Of a stretch of DNA of 28,056 bases, positions 9,470-17,306 are shown piece after piece. How positions within the stretch are numbered: the stretch's first letter is position 1; each line of letters begins with the position of its first letter. Source of the DNA: a virus (lineage: Duplodnaviria; Caudoviricetes); IMG/VR virus record IMGVR_UViG_3300005526_000023, positions 1 through 28,056 of that record; one strand, 5' to 3'. The notes under the pieces were generated by a model. The model did not search any database and had not been told where the DNA came from. It worked only from the letters and a program-made list of their open reading frames with translations. Position numbers and translations under genes: made by a program.

Positions 9470-9690
9470 TACTTGAGACAAAAGCGTATTTCTTCTTTAG
9501 TATAGTAGTAGTAGTAATATATATATATAGGGAGGGTCAGAAACTCCCACGGGAGGTAGGCAAAGAAAAACGCCATTTTGTCTCTACCGCTCGACCATGG
9601 TCGAGTATCGCGGAAAAAACGTGGACTATGATAGAAGGAAATAGAATGTGATTAGTTTTAAAATCACGGGTTCTGTTTTTCGCGAAGGAT
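9470..9690. promoter_or_regulatory. AT-rich intergenic control region: origin-like element plus promoter
   Basis: (TAG)n and (TA)n tracts flanked by inverted GAGACAAAA (9475-9483) / TTTTGTCTC (9576-9584). Perfect 16-bp palindrome at 9590-9605. TATGAT -10-like box at 9627-9632. Confidence 0.55.
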
Positions 9691-9695
9691 GGGAC

Positions 9696-10061
9696 ATGGG
9701 TAACACAGAGAGTCCGTTCAAGACTGAACTGATTGCTGAGCTTCGTCGCATGTTCCCCGGATGCGTGGTCCTGATCAACGATCCCAACTACATTCAAGGG
9801 ATCCCCGATCTCCTCATCCTGTGGAAAGCTATGTGGGCAGCCCTCGAGTGCAAGAAAGCCCGGGGTGCCAAGCGTCAGCCGAATCAGGATTACTGGGTAG
9901 CTATGATGGACCGGATGTCGTTCGCGGCGTTCATCCACCCAGGAAACAAGGAGGTTGTCCTAGGTGATCTTCAACACGCATTCAAATCTCGCAGGGCAGC
10001 ACGCCTTCCTCGGCCCAAGCAAGTACCACTGGATCAACTACGATCCAGACAAGCTGGATGA
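9696..10061 (+). CDS. VRR-NUC domain nuclease (Holliday junction resolvase-like)
   Basis: ESPFKTELIAEL...GIPDLLIL...ALECK...QPNQDYW gives the PD...ExK pattern. ATG 9696 has a GAAGGA SD and is preferred over GTG 9648. Confidence 0.8.
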   Translation: MGNTESPFKTELIAELRRMFPGCVVLINDPNYIQGIPDLLILWKAMWAALECKKARGAKRQPNQDYWVAMMDRMSFAAFIHPGNKEVVLGDLQHAFKSRRAARLPRPKQVPLDQLRSRQAG

Positions 10062-10524
10062 GGTCTTCCTCAGCTCACAGGCCGCTGCGAGAGGAGTGGA
10101 GCTCCATGCCTTCGCTCACCACGCCGTCCGGCTTGGCATAAAGCTTCCTCGTTCTGATAAGACCCTGAACAACTACGTGAACGACGCCATCGGTTTCCGG
10201 ATGATCCCCGAGCAAGTCTTGTACTACTCAGAGAACTGCTTCGGGACTGCTGACACCATCTCGTTCAGAAGGAACTTGCTCCGGATCCACGACCTCAAAA
10301 CCGGCGTCATCGCGGGCTCCATGCATCAGGTAGAAATCTATGCGGCTTTGTTCTGCCTGGAGTACGGGTACAAGCCCGGAGAGATAGAAATAGAACTGCG
10401 GATCTATCAGGACGACGAGATCCTGGTCTCGAATCCCGAAGAATCAGTCGACATTATCGCTCACATCATGAGCAAGATCGTCGTGTTCGACAGGCGCATC
10501 GAACTACTCAGGGAGGCGGGTTAG
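9964..10524 (+). CDS. PD-(D/E)XK / Cas4-like exonuclease
   Basis: HAFLGPS, RGVELH, FGTADTI, IHDLKTG, QVEIYA motifs. SD AAGGAGG. Confidence 0.75.
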   Translation: MIFNTHSNLAGQHAFLGPSKYHWINYDPDKLDEVFLSSQAAARGVELHAFAHHAVRLGIKLPRSDKTLNNYVNDAIGFRMIPEQVLYYSENCFGTADTISFRRNLLRIHDLKTGVIAGSMHQVEIYAALFCLEYGYKPGEIEIELRIYQDDEILVSNPEESVDIIAHIMSKIVVFDRRIELLREAG

Positions 10525-10526
10525 AC

Positions 10527-13283
10527 TTGACTGACGTCATCGTTGAAGCTGACGAGCTTCTTCATTACGGAACGCCCCGCCACTCCGGTCGTTACCCTTG
10601 GGGATCCGGAAAAACCCCGATGGAACGTGGCCGGAAAAGTTTCCTGGATCAGCATGCTGCACTCAAGCGGCAGGGCATGTCTGACCCTGAAATAGCAAGA
10701 GGACTCGGTCTCGGTTCCACGACCGATCTCAGGGCGAAGATCGCGATCGCCAAGGACGAGCATCGCAGGGGTCAGGCAACGCTTGCTCTTCGTCTTAGCG
10801 AGAAGGGCATGTCCAACGTTGCCATCGGTCGTCAGATGGGGCTCAACGAGTCATCCGTCCGAGCTCTTCTCGACCCGGCTAACTCGGCGAAGAGGAGCGT
10901 TCTCGACGCTACTTCTTCCTTCCTCAAGGACCAGGTTGATTCCGGCGGATACCTGGACATCGGCAAGGGAACCGAGAACTGGCGAGGAGTCAGCAGTACC
11001 AAGCTGGCCACCGCCGTGGCGATGCTGAAGCAGCAGGGCTACGTAGTTCACAACGTTCAGGTTCCTCAGCTAGGGACAACAGGTGGGAAGAAGACCACCG
11101 TCAAGGTCCTGGCTCCTCCGGGAACCACGTACGTAGACGTCAAGACTCATCCCGAGCTCATCAAGACTGTCGCCGCGACTAGCCCAGATCACGGCCGTAC
11201 CATCGAGAGCATAAAGCCCCCGGTGGCTGTTGACCCTAAGCGAGTCGGTGTCAGGTGGGCCGAGGATGGTGGAGGCAATGCCGATGGCATAATCTTCGTG
11301 CGGCCCGGAGTTCCCGATGTATCTCTCGGTGACTCGGCCTATGCTCAGGTCCGTATCAAGGTAGGGCCCGGTCACTACCTCAAGGGCATGGCCATGTACA
11401 AGGATGGCCTTCCTGCCGGAACCGATCTGCAGTTCAACACCAACAAGCGGCGGTCACCGAACAAGCTCGATGCGATGAAGACTGTCGGAGACGATCCGGT
11501 TAATCCTTTCGGTTCGGCCATCCGGCAGAAGACATGGACCGATAGCTCGGGCAAGAAGCACCAGTCTCCGATGAACATCGTGAACGAGCAAGGTGACTGG
11601 AGGGATTGGAGCAGGTCGCTCTCTTCCCAGGTTCTTTCCAAGCAGAACCCGCATCTTGCCAAGCGACAGCTCGATCTGGCTCTTCAGAGTAAGCGTGATG
11701 AGCTAGACGAGATCATGCGGCTGACTAACCCGGTGATCAAGCACAAGCTTCTCATGACGTTTGGTGACTCTGCTGATTCCGCGGCAGTCCACCTCAAGGC
11801 CGCAGCCATGCCGGGCCAGAAGACTCACGTCATCCTCCCGATCGAGGGAATGAGGGCAGATCAGATCTACGCTCCGAATTACCACAACGGAGAGAAGGTC
11901 GTACTGATCCGGCACCCTCATGGGGGAACGTTCGAGATCCCGGAACTCACGGTCAACAACCGGCATCCTCTGGCCAAGTCGACGATCGGGTCCGCTCCTG
12001 ATGCGGTAGGAATCCATCCTTCCGTAGCTAAGCGGCTATCTGGTGCCGACTTCGACGGTGACACGGTCCTGGTTATACCGAACAAGCGTGGCGACATCAG
12101 GACCACCGATTCGTTGGCTAGCCTCAACGACTTCGATCCTATCGTTCACTACGCCCCGCATGACGGGATGCGTACCATCGACGGCGGTATCTACCACGCT
12201 AAGACGGGATCGGTGGATTACGGCGGCAGGAATCCGAAGGGCCGGCCGAAGCAGCAGCAGATGGGCGATGTGTCCAACCTGATAACGGACATGACCATCA
12301 AGGGCGCAGATCGTTCCGAGATAGCCCGTGCTGTCAAGCATTCGATGGTAGTCATCGATTCCGAGAAGCACCACCTCGATGTCAAGCAGTCCTACGTCGA
12401 CAACGGCATAGCCCAGCTCAAGGCGAAGTACCAGGGTCGTACTACCAAGGGCCGTCTTGCTGGCGCATCGACCATCATCTCGAGGGCAGGATCCGAGATA
12501 CGGGTTCCTGAAAGAAGGCCCCGCCCCGCATCAAAGGGTGGTCCTATCGATCCGGTCACAGGCCAACGGATGTTCGAGGAAACGGGCACCACGAGCGTAG
12601 ATCGTAGGGGTCGCACCATCGTGAAGACCCGCCCCTCTCAAAGGCTGGCCGAAACGGCGGATGCCCGCACTCTCCTGAGTGATACCCCCTCACCCATGGA
12701 AGAGATCTATGCCGCCCACTCTAACGGCATGAAGGGGCTGGCTAACAGGGCCAGGCTTGCTGCTCTTCAGACAGGGCGCCTGACTTACTCCTCGTCTGCG
12801 GCAAAGGTGTACCGCAATGAGGTGGCTTCACTAACTGCCAAGCTGGGGGTAGCCAAGAAGAACGCCCCCCTCGAAAGACAAGCACAGTTGGTGGCCAACC
12901 AGATTGTTGCCGCCCGCCTCCACGATAACCCCCATATCAAAGAGGACCCTGATGCATACAAGAAGCTAAAGGGTACCTCACTGCAGCAGGCTCGTGATCG
13001 TGTCGGTGCTAAGAAGCAGATGATAGAGATCACAGCTAGGGAGTGGCACGCTATACAGTCAGGTGCTATCAGTACCAACCGCCTGTCTGAGATCATCGAT
13101 AATGCCAACATCGATGAGCTTAAGAAGCTAGCCACACCACGTACCACACAGGGCATGACACCAACGAAGATGGTACTGGCTAGGTCTAGGCTAGCCTCCG
13201 GCTACACACAAGCCGAGGTTGCCCAGTCCCTTGGCATCTCTGTCAGTACACTCAACGCTGCACTCAAGAGTGAGGGAGGATGA
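10527..13283 (+). CDS. Single-chain double-psi-beta-barrel (YonO-like) RNA polymerase with HTH domains
   Basis: LIRHPH (RxP motif, about 11910) followed by GIHP...LSGADFDGD (DFDGD at 12048-12062). HTH-like segments at both ends. TTG start with GGGAGG SD. Confidence 0.75.
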   Translation: MTDVIVEADELLHYGTPRHSGRYPWGSGKTPMERGRKSFLDQHAALKRQGMSDPEIARGLGLGSTTDLRAKIAIAKDEHRRGQATLALRLSEKGMSNVAIGRQMGLNESSVRALLDPANSAKRSVLDATSSFLKDQVDSGGYLDIGKGTENWRGVSSTKLATAVAMLKQQGYVVHNVQVPQLGTTGGKKTTVKVLAPPGTTYVDVKTHPELIKTVAATSPDHGRTIESIKPPVAVDPKRVGVRWAEDGGGNADGIIFVRPGVPDVSLGDSAYAQVRIKVGPGHYLKGMAMYKDGLPAGTDLQFNTNKRRSPNKLDAMKTVGDDPVNPFGSAIRQKTWTDSSGKKHQSPMNIVNEQGDWRDWSRSLSSQVLSKQNPHLAKRQLDLALQSKRDELDEIMRLTNPVIKHKLLMTFGDSADSAAVHLKAAAMPGQKTHVILPIEGMRADQIYAPNYHNGEKVVLIRHPHGGTFEIPELTVNNRHPLAKSTIGSAPDAVGIHPSVAKRLSGADFDGDTVLVIPNKRGDIRTTDSLASLNDFDPIVHYAPHDGMRTIDGGIYHAKTGSVDYGGRNPKGRPKQQQMGDVSNLITDMTIKGADRSEIARAVKHSMVVIDSEKHHLDVKQSYVDNGIAQLKAKYQGRTTKGRLAGASTIISRAGSEIRVPERRPRPASKGGPIDPVTGQRMFEETGTTSVDRRGRTIVKTRPSQRLAETADARTLLSDTPSPMEEIYAAHSNGMKGLANRARLAALQTGRLTYSSSAAKVYRNEVASLTAKLGVAKKNAPLERQAQLVANQIVAARLHDNPHIKEDPDAYKKLKGTSLQQARDRVGAKKQMIEITAREWHAIQSGAISTNRLSEIIDNANIDELKKLATPRTTQGMTPTKMVLARSRLASGYTQAEVAQSLGISVSTLNAALKSEGG

Positions 13284-13573
13284 ACATGACAGACGACAGT
13301 GAGTACATGCTGACCACCATCGACAATCCATGGAACCCCTACACTCACTGGGATGAGTGGCAGGCATACGACATACGTCATGGACACAACACGTCTGGCT
13401 TTCTTGCTCGTGTTGTTAGCTTTTCATTTGATTTGTCAGAGACAGATCAGGATTTGGCAATCAAGCAAGCGATTGACGAAATCGTAAAAGAAAATGTTTC
13501 CGGCATTTTCAAAAAGATTTCGCCAGATGAGGTACCTTCTCCCAAAATGCTGACGGGGGGAGGGGTCTCGTAG
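13280..13573 (+). CDS. Hypothetical phage protein (97 aa), last gene before the putative genome end
   Basis: SD GAGGGAGG, ATGA overlap with the RNAP stop, MLTTIDNPWNPY motif. Start could be 13286. Confidence 0.8.
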   Translation: MNMTDDSEYMLTTIDNPWNPYTHWDEWQAYDIRHGHNTSGFLARVVSFSFDLSETDQDLAIKQAIDEIVKENVSGIFKKISPDEVPSPKMLTGGGVS

Positions 13574-13665
13574 AAAGCACCCCCCTCCTGCATCGCCGAA
13601 CCCCTAAAAAATGCCCCGGGGGAAGAATCCGGGGGAAGTCGCCGGAAAAAGTCCGCCGGAAGTAG
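13555..13665. other. Putative cos / genome-end junction
   Basis: GGAGGGG..CCCCTCC inverted repeat, then CGCCGAACCCCT (13594-13605), an A-tract, and repeated CCGGGGGAAG and CGCCGGAA. Lies at the early-to-late module boundary. Confidence 0.55.
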
Positions 13666-13671
13666 GTCTGG

Positions 13672-14058
13672 ATGAAGAACGGGTTCCGTTTGCATGGGCT
13701 TCTCATCCTAGGAATCACTTTCATGGCCTACGGACTGGGCCTGATCTTCGGATACATCCCTTCGATCTCCAGAATTCTTTACGTAACTCCAGCGGAGGTC
13801 GGATGGACGTTTCTTTTGGTCGGCTCGGTCATGTTCGTAAGCCTGGTCAGTGACTTCGATCAAGCGCTTTATGCCATGGCAGCACTGATCTCATCTGCCT
13901 GGGCGACGATTCTTACCATCTTGGCACTAGGACCTAACGGCTGGGATGGAAGCCTGGCGTGGTGGTGTCTTGCTGTGCTGTGCGTTCTGCTGGCCGGAAG
14001 GAGCGATCCTCCAGAGCCGCTCAATCTTCCTCCTCCGCCAGAGGAGAAGCCGCCATGA
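13672..14058 (+). CDS. Membrane protein with about 4 TM helices (holin-like candidate)
   Basis: Four hydrophobic segments and a Pro-rich tail, located near the endolysin. Confidence 0.65.
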   Translation: MKNGFRLHGLLILGITFMAYGLGLIFGYIPSISRILYVTPAEVGWTFLLVGSVMFVSLVSDFDQALYAMAALISSAWATILTILALGPNGWDGSLAWWCLAVLCVLLAGRSDPPEPLNLPPPPEEKPP

Positions 14059-14303
14059 CCGCGGAATCGTTCGCAATAGACGTTGTCATCGTGACGATCG
14101 TTTCCGGTTTGTTCGCGATCGGCGCATGGATCAACGCGAAACGGGCCAAACGGCAAGAGTCTCTGCTGGCTCGGGAGAAGCAGGAAGCAGAAGCCTGGGT
14201 CCGTGCTCAGGAGATTTACCAGAAAGCTATCGCGACCCAGACTCAGCAGCTAGAACAAGCCAACCGCAGGATCATAGAGCTGGAACAAGGACGAAACGAC
14301 TGA
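14055..14303 (+). CDS. Small membrane protein, 1 TM plus coiled coil (holin/lysis accessory candidate)
   Basis: SD GAGGAG, ATGA overlap. FAIDVVIVTIVSGLFAIGAWI followed by a charged heptad-like helix. Confidence 0.7.
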   Translation: MTAESFAIDVVIVTIVSGLFAIGAWINAKRAKRQESLLAREKQEAEAWVRAQEIYQKAIATQTQQLEQANRRIIELEQGRND

Positions 14304-14447
14304 GATCACTCCTGCAGGGGGCGCCGGTGCGTTCCTTAATCGCTTATGAGTGGCGTAGCCCCCCCGCGTTGCAAGTAGGTGAAAAGTCTCTTCAGCCCGC
14401 GCCGAAGAGACGGGAACTCCCGGTGCCCCCGGCAGGAGTGATCTCGG
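14300..14447 (+). ncRNA. Candidate structured RNA (three-way junction)
   Basis: About 35-bp imperfect outer stem (14300-14336 with 14412-14447) enclosing two hairpins, filling the whole intergenic gap. Confidence 0.5.
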
Positions 14448-14460
14448 CTGAGTGATAACT

Positions 14461-14913
14461 ATGCCAGAAGTGGAGGTGAACATTACGGCCTCTCGCAAGA
14501 CTTCTCAAAATGAGCGTAGGACCAGAGGACGGCCTGCTACGACGCTCAAAGGCAGGGAAGATCAGCTTATCGCTCTGGCCGTGGATGTCGCCGAAGAGCA
14601 GCTGCTCAAGGGAACTGCCTCCGCTCAGGTTATCACTCACTACCTGAAACTCGGCACAACACGAGAAAGGCTTGAGCAAGAGCGGCTTACACGAGAGAAC
14701 GCTCTCTTGACTGCTAAGGTTGAAGCTCTGGCCTCTGCTCAAAGGGTCGAAGAACTCTACGCAAACGCTCTCAAGGCCATGAGAGTGTACTCAGGGAATG
14801 CTGAAAGCGATGACTACCCAGAGACTGAGATGTTATTCCGAGCTGGTCCGGATCGAGGGTTTCAGGGAGAGATTCCGGTATCTTCAGCTGCATTCGTCTA
14901 TAGGGGTCACTAG
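14461..14913 (+). CDS. Putative terminase small subunit / helical DNA-binding protein
   Basis: RGRPATT...EDQLIALAVDVAEEQL..GTASAQVITHYLKLG plus coiled coil, adjacent to the HNH gene and near the putative cos. Start uncertain (14452/14461). Its tail overlaps the HNH gene. Confidence 0.55.
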   Translation: MPEVEVNITASRKTSQNERRTRGRPATTLKGREDQLIALAVDVAEEQLLKGTASAQVITHYLKLGTTRERLEQERLTRENALLTAKVEALASAQRVEELYANALKAMRVYSGNAESDDYPETEMLFRAGPDRGFQGEIPVSSAAFVYRGH

Positions 14914-15226
14914 TTTCGGGTCTGACAGGTGGCTGAATCAGCAGTTCTACACCTCGCGTGAGTGGCGGCGGTGCCGTAGCGAGGTTATCCTGAGGGATTA
15001 CGGATGCGATCTGGGTGTTGAGGGCTATGAGATCTATGACAGGATAGCCATTCATCACCTGAATCCGATGACGGTGGACGACATCACCCACGGAAACGAG
15101 AGCATCTTCGACCCAGAGTTCCTGATAACCGTTTCCCATAGGACTCACAATGCTATTCACTTCGGTGACGAAAAGTTGTTGAGGGCTCCTCTCGTGGTAA
15201 GGCGCCCCGGCGACACTAAGCTATGG
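14798..15226 (+). CDS. HNH endonuclease domain (packaging-associated), no in-frame stop before the endolysin
   Basis: FYTSREWRRCRSEVILRDYGCDL...IHHLNP...LITVSHRTHNAIH. Domain ends at RRPGDTKLW. Confidence 0.85.
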
Positions 15227-15238
15227 TTAGGAGCCAGC

Positions 15239-16135
15239 ATGGTAGCAACAAGCACAATGATCTCGCCGAACAGGCGTTCCGGCCGGCGCGGATCCATCGT
15301 CTTCATCGGCATCCACACCATGGAGGCACCGGAAGGTTCCTCGACCGCCGAGAACGTCGCGGCCTACTTCGCGAAGCCGGCTACTCAGGCGTCGTCGCAC
15401 TGGTGTGTCGACAACAACTCGCGAGTTCGCTGCGTCAACGACGGTGACGAGGCCTGGACGATGCCGCCGGTGAACCCGAACTCGCTCAACATCGAACTGG
15501 CCGGCTACGCCAGTCAGGGCAGTTCCGGCTGGAACGACGCGTACTCGCGGTCCATGCTCGACAACGCCGCTGTGTGCGCCGCGGAGTGGTGCCGCAAGTA
15601 CTCGATCCCGCTCCGGCGCAACACGGACGCCCAGATCAGGGCTTACACCAAGGGGTTCGTCGGCCACGTCGACGTGAACCGGGTCTTCCGGTCGAGCGAT
15701 CACTACGACCCCGGCCCTGCCTTCCCGTGGACCGACTTCCTCAAAATGGTCGGCAAGTACCTCGGTTCCACGCCGCCTCCTTCCGGCGGCGGCGGAAAGC
15801 CGAAGCCGAACTGCACGGCGTTCCAGCGGGCCGTTCACACCACGGCCGACAACCAGTGGGGACCCGAGACCGACAAGTGCGGCGAGGCGCTTGAAGCGGC
15901 CTCTCCCTACGGCGGAAGGAGATATCCCTATGGTGTTCAGTACGCGCAGAAGGTCGTCGGGACGACACAGGATGGTAGCTGGGGTCCCGCATCGAACACC
16001 GCGCTCTACAACACCGTGGTCGCGGTTCAGAAGGCGCTGCTTGGGATGGGCTTCGACCCGAAGGGCGCCGACGGGGTCTGGGGAAACAACACCGATTCCG
16101 CATACAACTCTGCTCGTGCTGCCTGCCGTCTCTAG
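15239..16135 (+). CDS. Endolysin: N-acetylmuramoyl-L-alanine amidase (Amidase_2) with C-terminal peptidoglycan-binding repeats
   Basis: IHTME, SSHW, AW, NIELAG, GHVD, HYDPG Zn-amidase motifs. Pro/Gly linker. DNQWG, DGSWG and DGVWG repeats. Own SD AGGAG 6 nt before ATG 15239. Confidence 0.88.
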   Translation: MVATSTMISPNRRSGRRGSIVFIGIHTMEAPEGSSTAENVAAYFAKPATQASSHWCVDNNSRVRCVNDGDEAWTMPPVNPNSLNIELAGYASQGSSGWNDAYSRSMLDNAAVCAAEWCRKYSIPLRRNTDAQIRAYTKGFVGHVDVNRVFRSSDHYDPGPAFPWTDFLKMVGKYLGSTPPPSGGGGKPKPNCTAFQRAVHTTADNQWGPETDKCGEALEAASPYGGRRYPYGVQYAQKVVGTTQDGSWGPASNTALYNTVVAVQKALLGMGFDPKGADGVWGNNTDSAYNSARAACRL

Positions 16136-16143
16136 GAGCGCTG

Positions 16144-16836
16144 ATGACGGTCAACGACGACAGCATTCTCGATTCGACCAAGCACACCCTGGGTCTGGAT
16201 CCCGCAGTCGAGGTGTTCGATACCGATGTCATCACGCATCTCAATTCAGCCTTCGGCGTTTTGCGGCAGCTTGGTGTCGGCCCGGTCGAGCCCTTCGTAA
16301 TCTCGGACAGCACGCCGACGTGGGCGGACTTCAGCTCGGACATGGACCGGCTCCAGAGCGTGCGATCCTACGTCTATACGACAGTCCGGGTTCTGTTCGA
16401 CCCTCCGGCGACTTCGTTCGGGATCTCAGCCCTTACCGAGGTCAACAAAGAGCTGGCGTGGCGTCTTAACGTCGAGGGCGAAGACATCAATCCTCCGGTT
16501 CCGCCTCCTGACATGGAGCTTCCAGACCAGGTCTTCAAGCCGAAGCCCGTGAACCTCGGCTACATGCCTGTCGTCACTCCCGACATGACAGACGGGAACG
16601 TGTTCTACCTCACGCTGTACGGCGACTGCACGATCAACGCTCCGGTGAACGGCCTGGACGGCGGTCACATGACCATGGAGCTTACCTCAGCTGGCTACGC
16701 AGTCACCTGGGGAGCGGGATGGAACTGGGGCACCTACGGAGAGCCGGTTCTTACTCCTGACGGCACCGACATCATCAGCGCGGTCTTCAGGGAGACCTTC
16801 GGCGAGTGGCATGCCGGCTGGACTCCTGGCTTCTGA
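16144..16836 (+). CDS. Head-to-tail adaptor with C-terminal extension
   Basis: SILDSTKHTLG...LRQLGVGP...VLFDPP...LAWRL pattern, then a Pro linker and an extra beta-rich domain. SD AGGAG. Confidence 0.65.
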   Translation: MTVNDDSILDSTKHTLGLDPAVEVFDTDVITHLNSAFGVLRQLGVGPVEPFVISDSTPTWADFSSDMDRLQSVRSYVYTTVRVLFDPPATSFGISALTEVNKELAWRLNVEGEDINPPVPPPDMELPDQVFKPKPVNLGYMPVVTPDMTDGNVFYLTLYGDCTINAPVNGLDGGHMTMELTSAGYAVTWGAGWNWGTYGEPVLTPDGTDIISAVFRETFGEWHAGWTPGF

Positions 16837-16869
16837 GATTCACGTCAAAATGGCTATAGGAGGAAAGTA

Positions 16870-17295
16870 ATGCCGCTCAACCCGTTCTTCTCAGACACGT
16901 TCGCCAAGGCCGCGGTCGACGCTGGCTGTGCGCTGGCCAACGCCGGAAAGCTCAGGGTCTACTCCGGGGCGCAGCCGACGGACGCCAACACGGCGATCGG
17001 TGCTCAGACGATGCTCGGCGAGTTCACCATGAACGCCACGGCTTTCGCGGCATCCGTAGCCGCGGGCACTGCTCCGACGCGTTCCGCCACAGCGACCGCC
17101 AACGCGATCTCGAACATCACCGCGGCTGCTACCGGCACGGCGGCATGGTTCCGACTCCTGAAGTCCGATGGCACAACCGTTCTCTTCGACGGCACAGTCG
17201 GTCTCTCGGGCTGCGACCTGAACCTGACCGACATCACGCTCACCGCCGGCGAAACCATGTCCGTCTCGAGCTTCACCGTCAGCAACCCTGAGTAA
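16870..17295 (+). CDS. Virion structural protein (Ala/Thr-rich, fibre-associated)
   Basis: SD AGGAGG. LRVYSGAQP...TGTAAWFRL...DGTVG...DLNL pattern, immediately upstream of the fibre gene. Confidence 0.7.
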   Translation: MPLNPFFSDTFAKAAVDAGCALANAGKLRVYSGAQPTDANTAIGAQTMLGEFTMNATAFAASVAAGTAPTRSATATANAISNITAAATGTAAWFRLLKSDGTTVLFDGTVGLSGCDLNLTDITLTAGETMSVSSFTVSNPE

Positions 17296-17306
17296 GGCGG
17301 TGGCCG

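Noticed and set aside
14343-14386. Hammerhead ribozyme (CTTATGAG...GAAA)
   Set aside because: The core deviates from CUGAUGA and GAAA does not directly follow the stem II equivalent.
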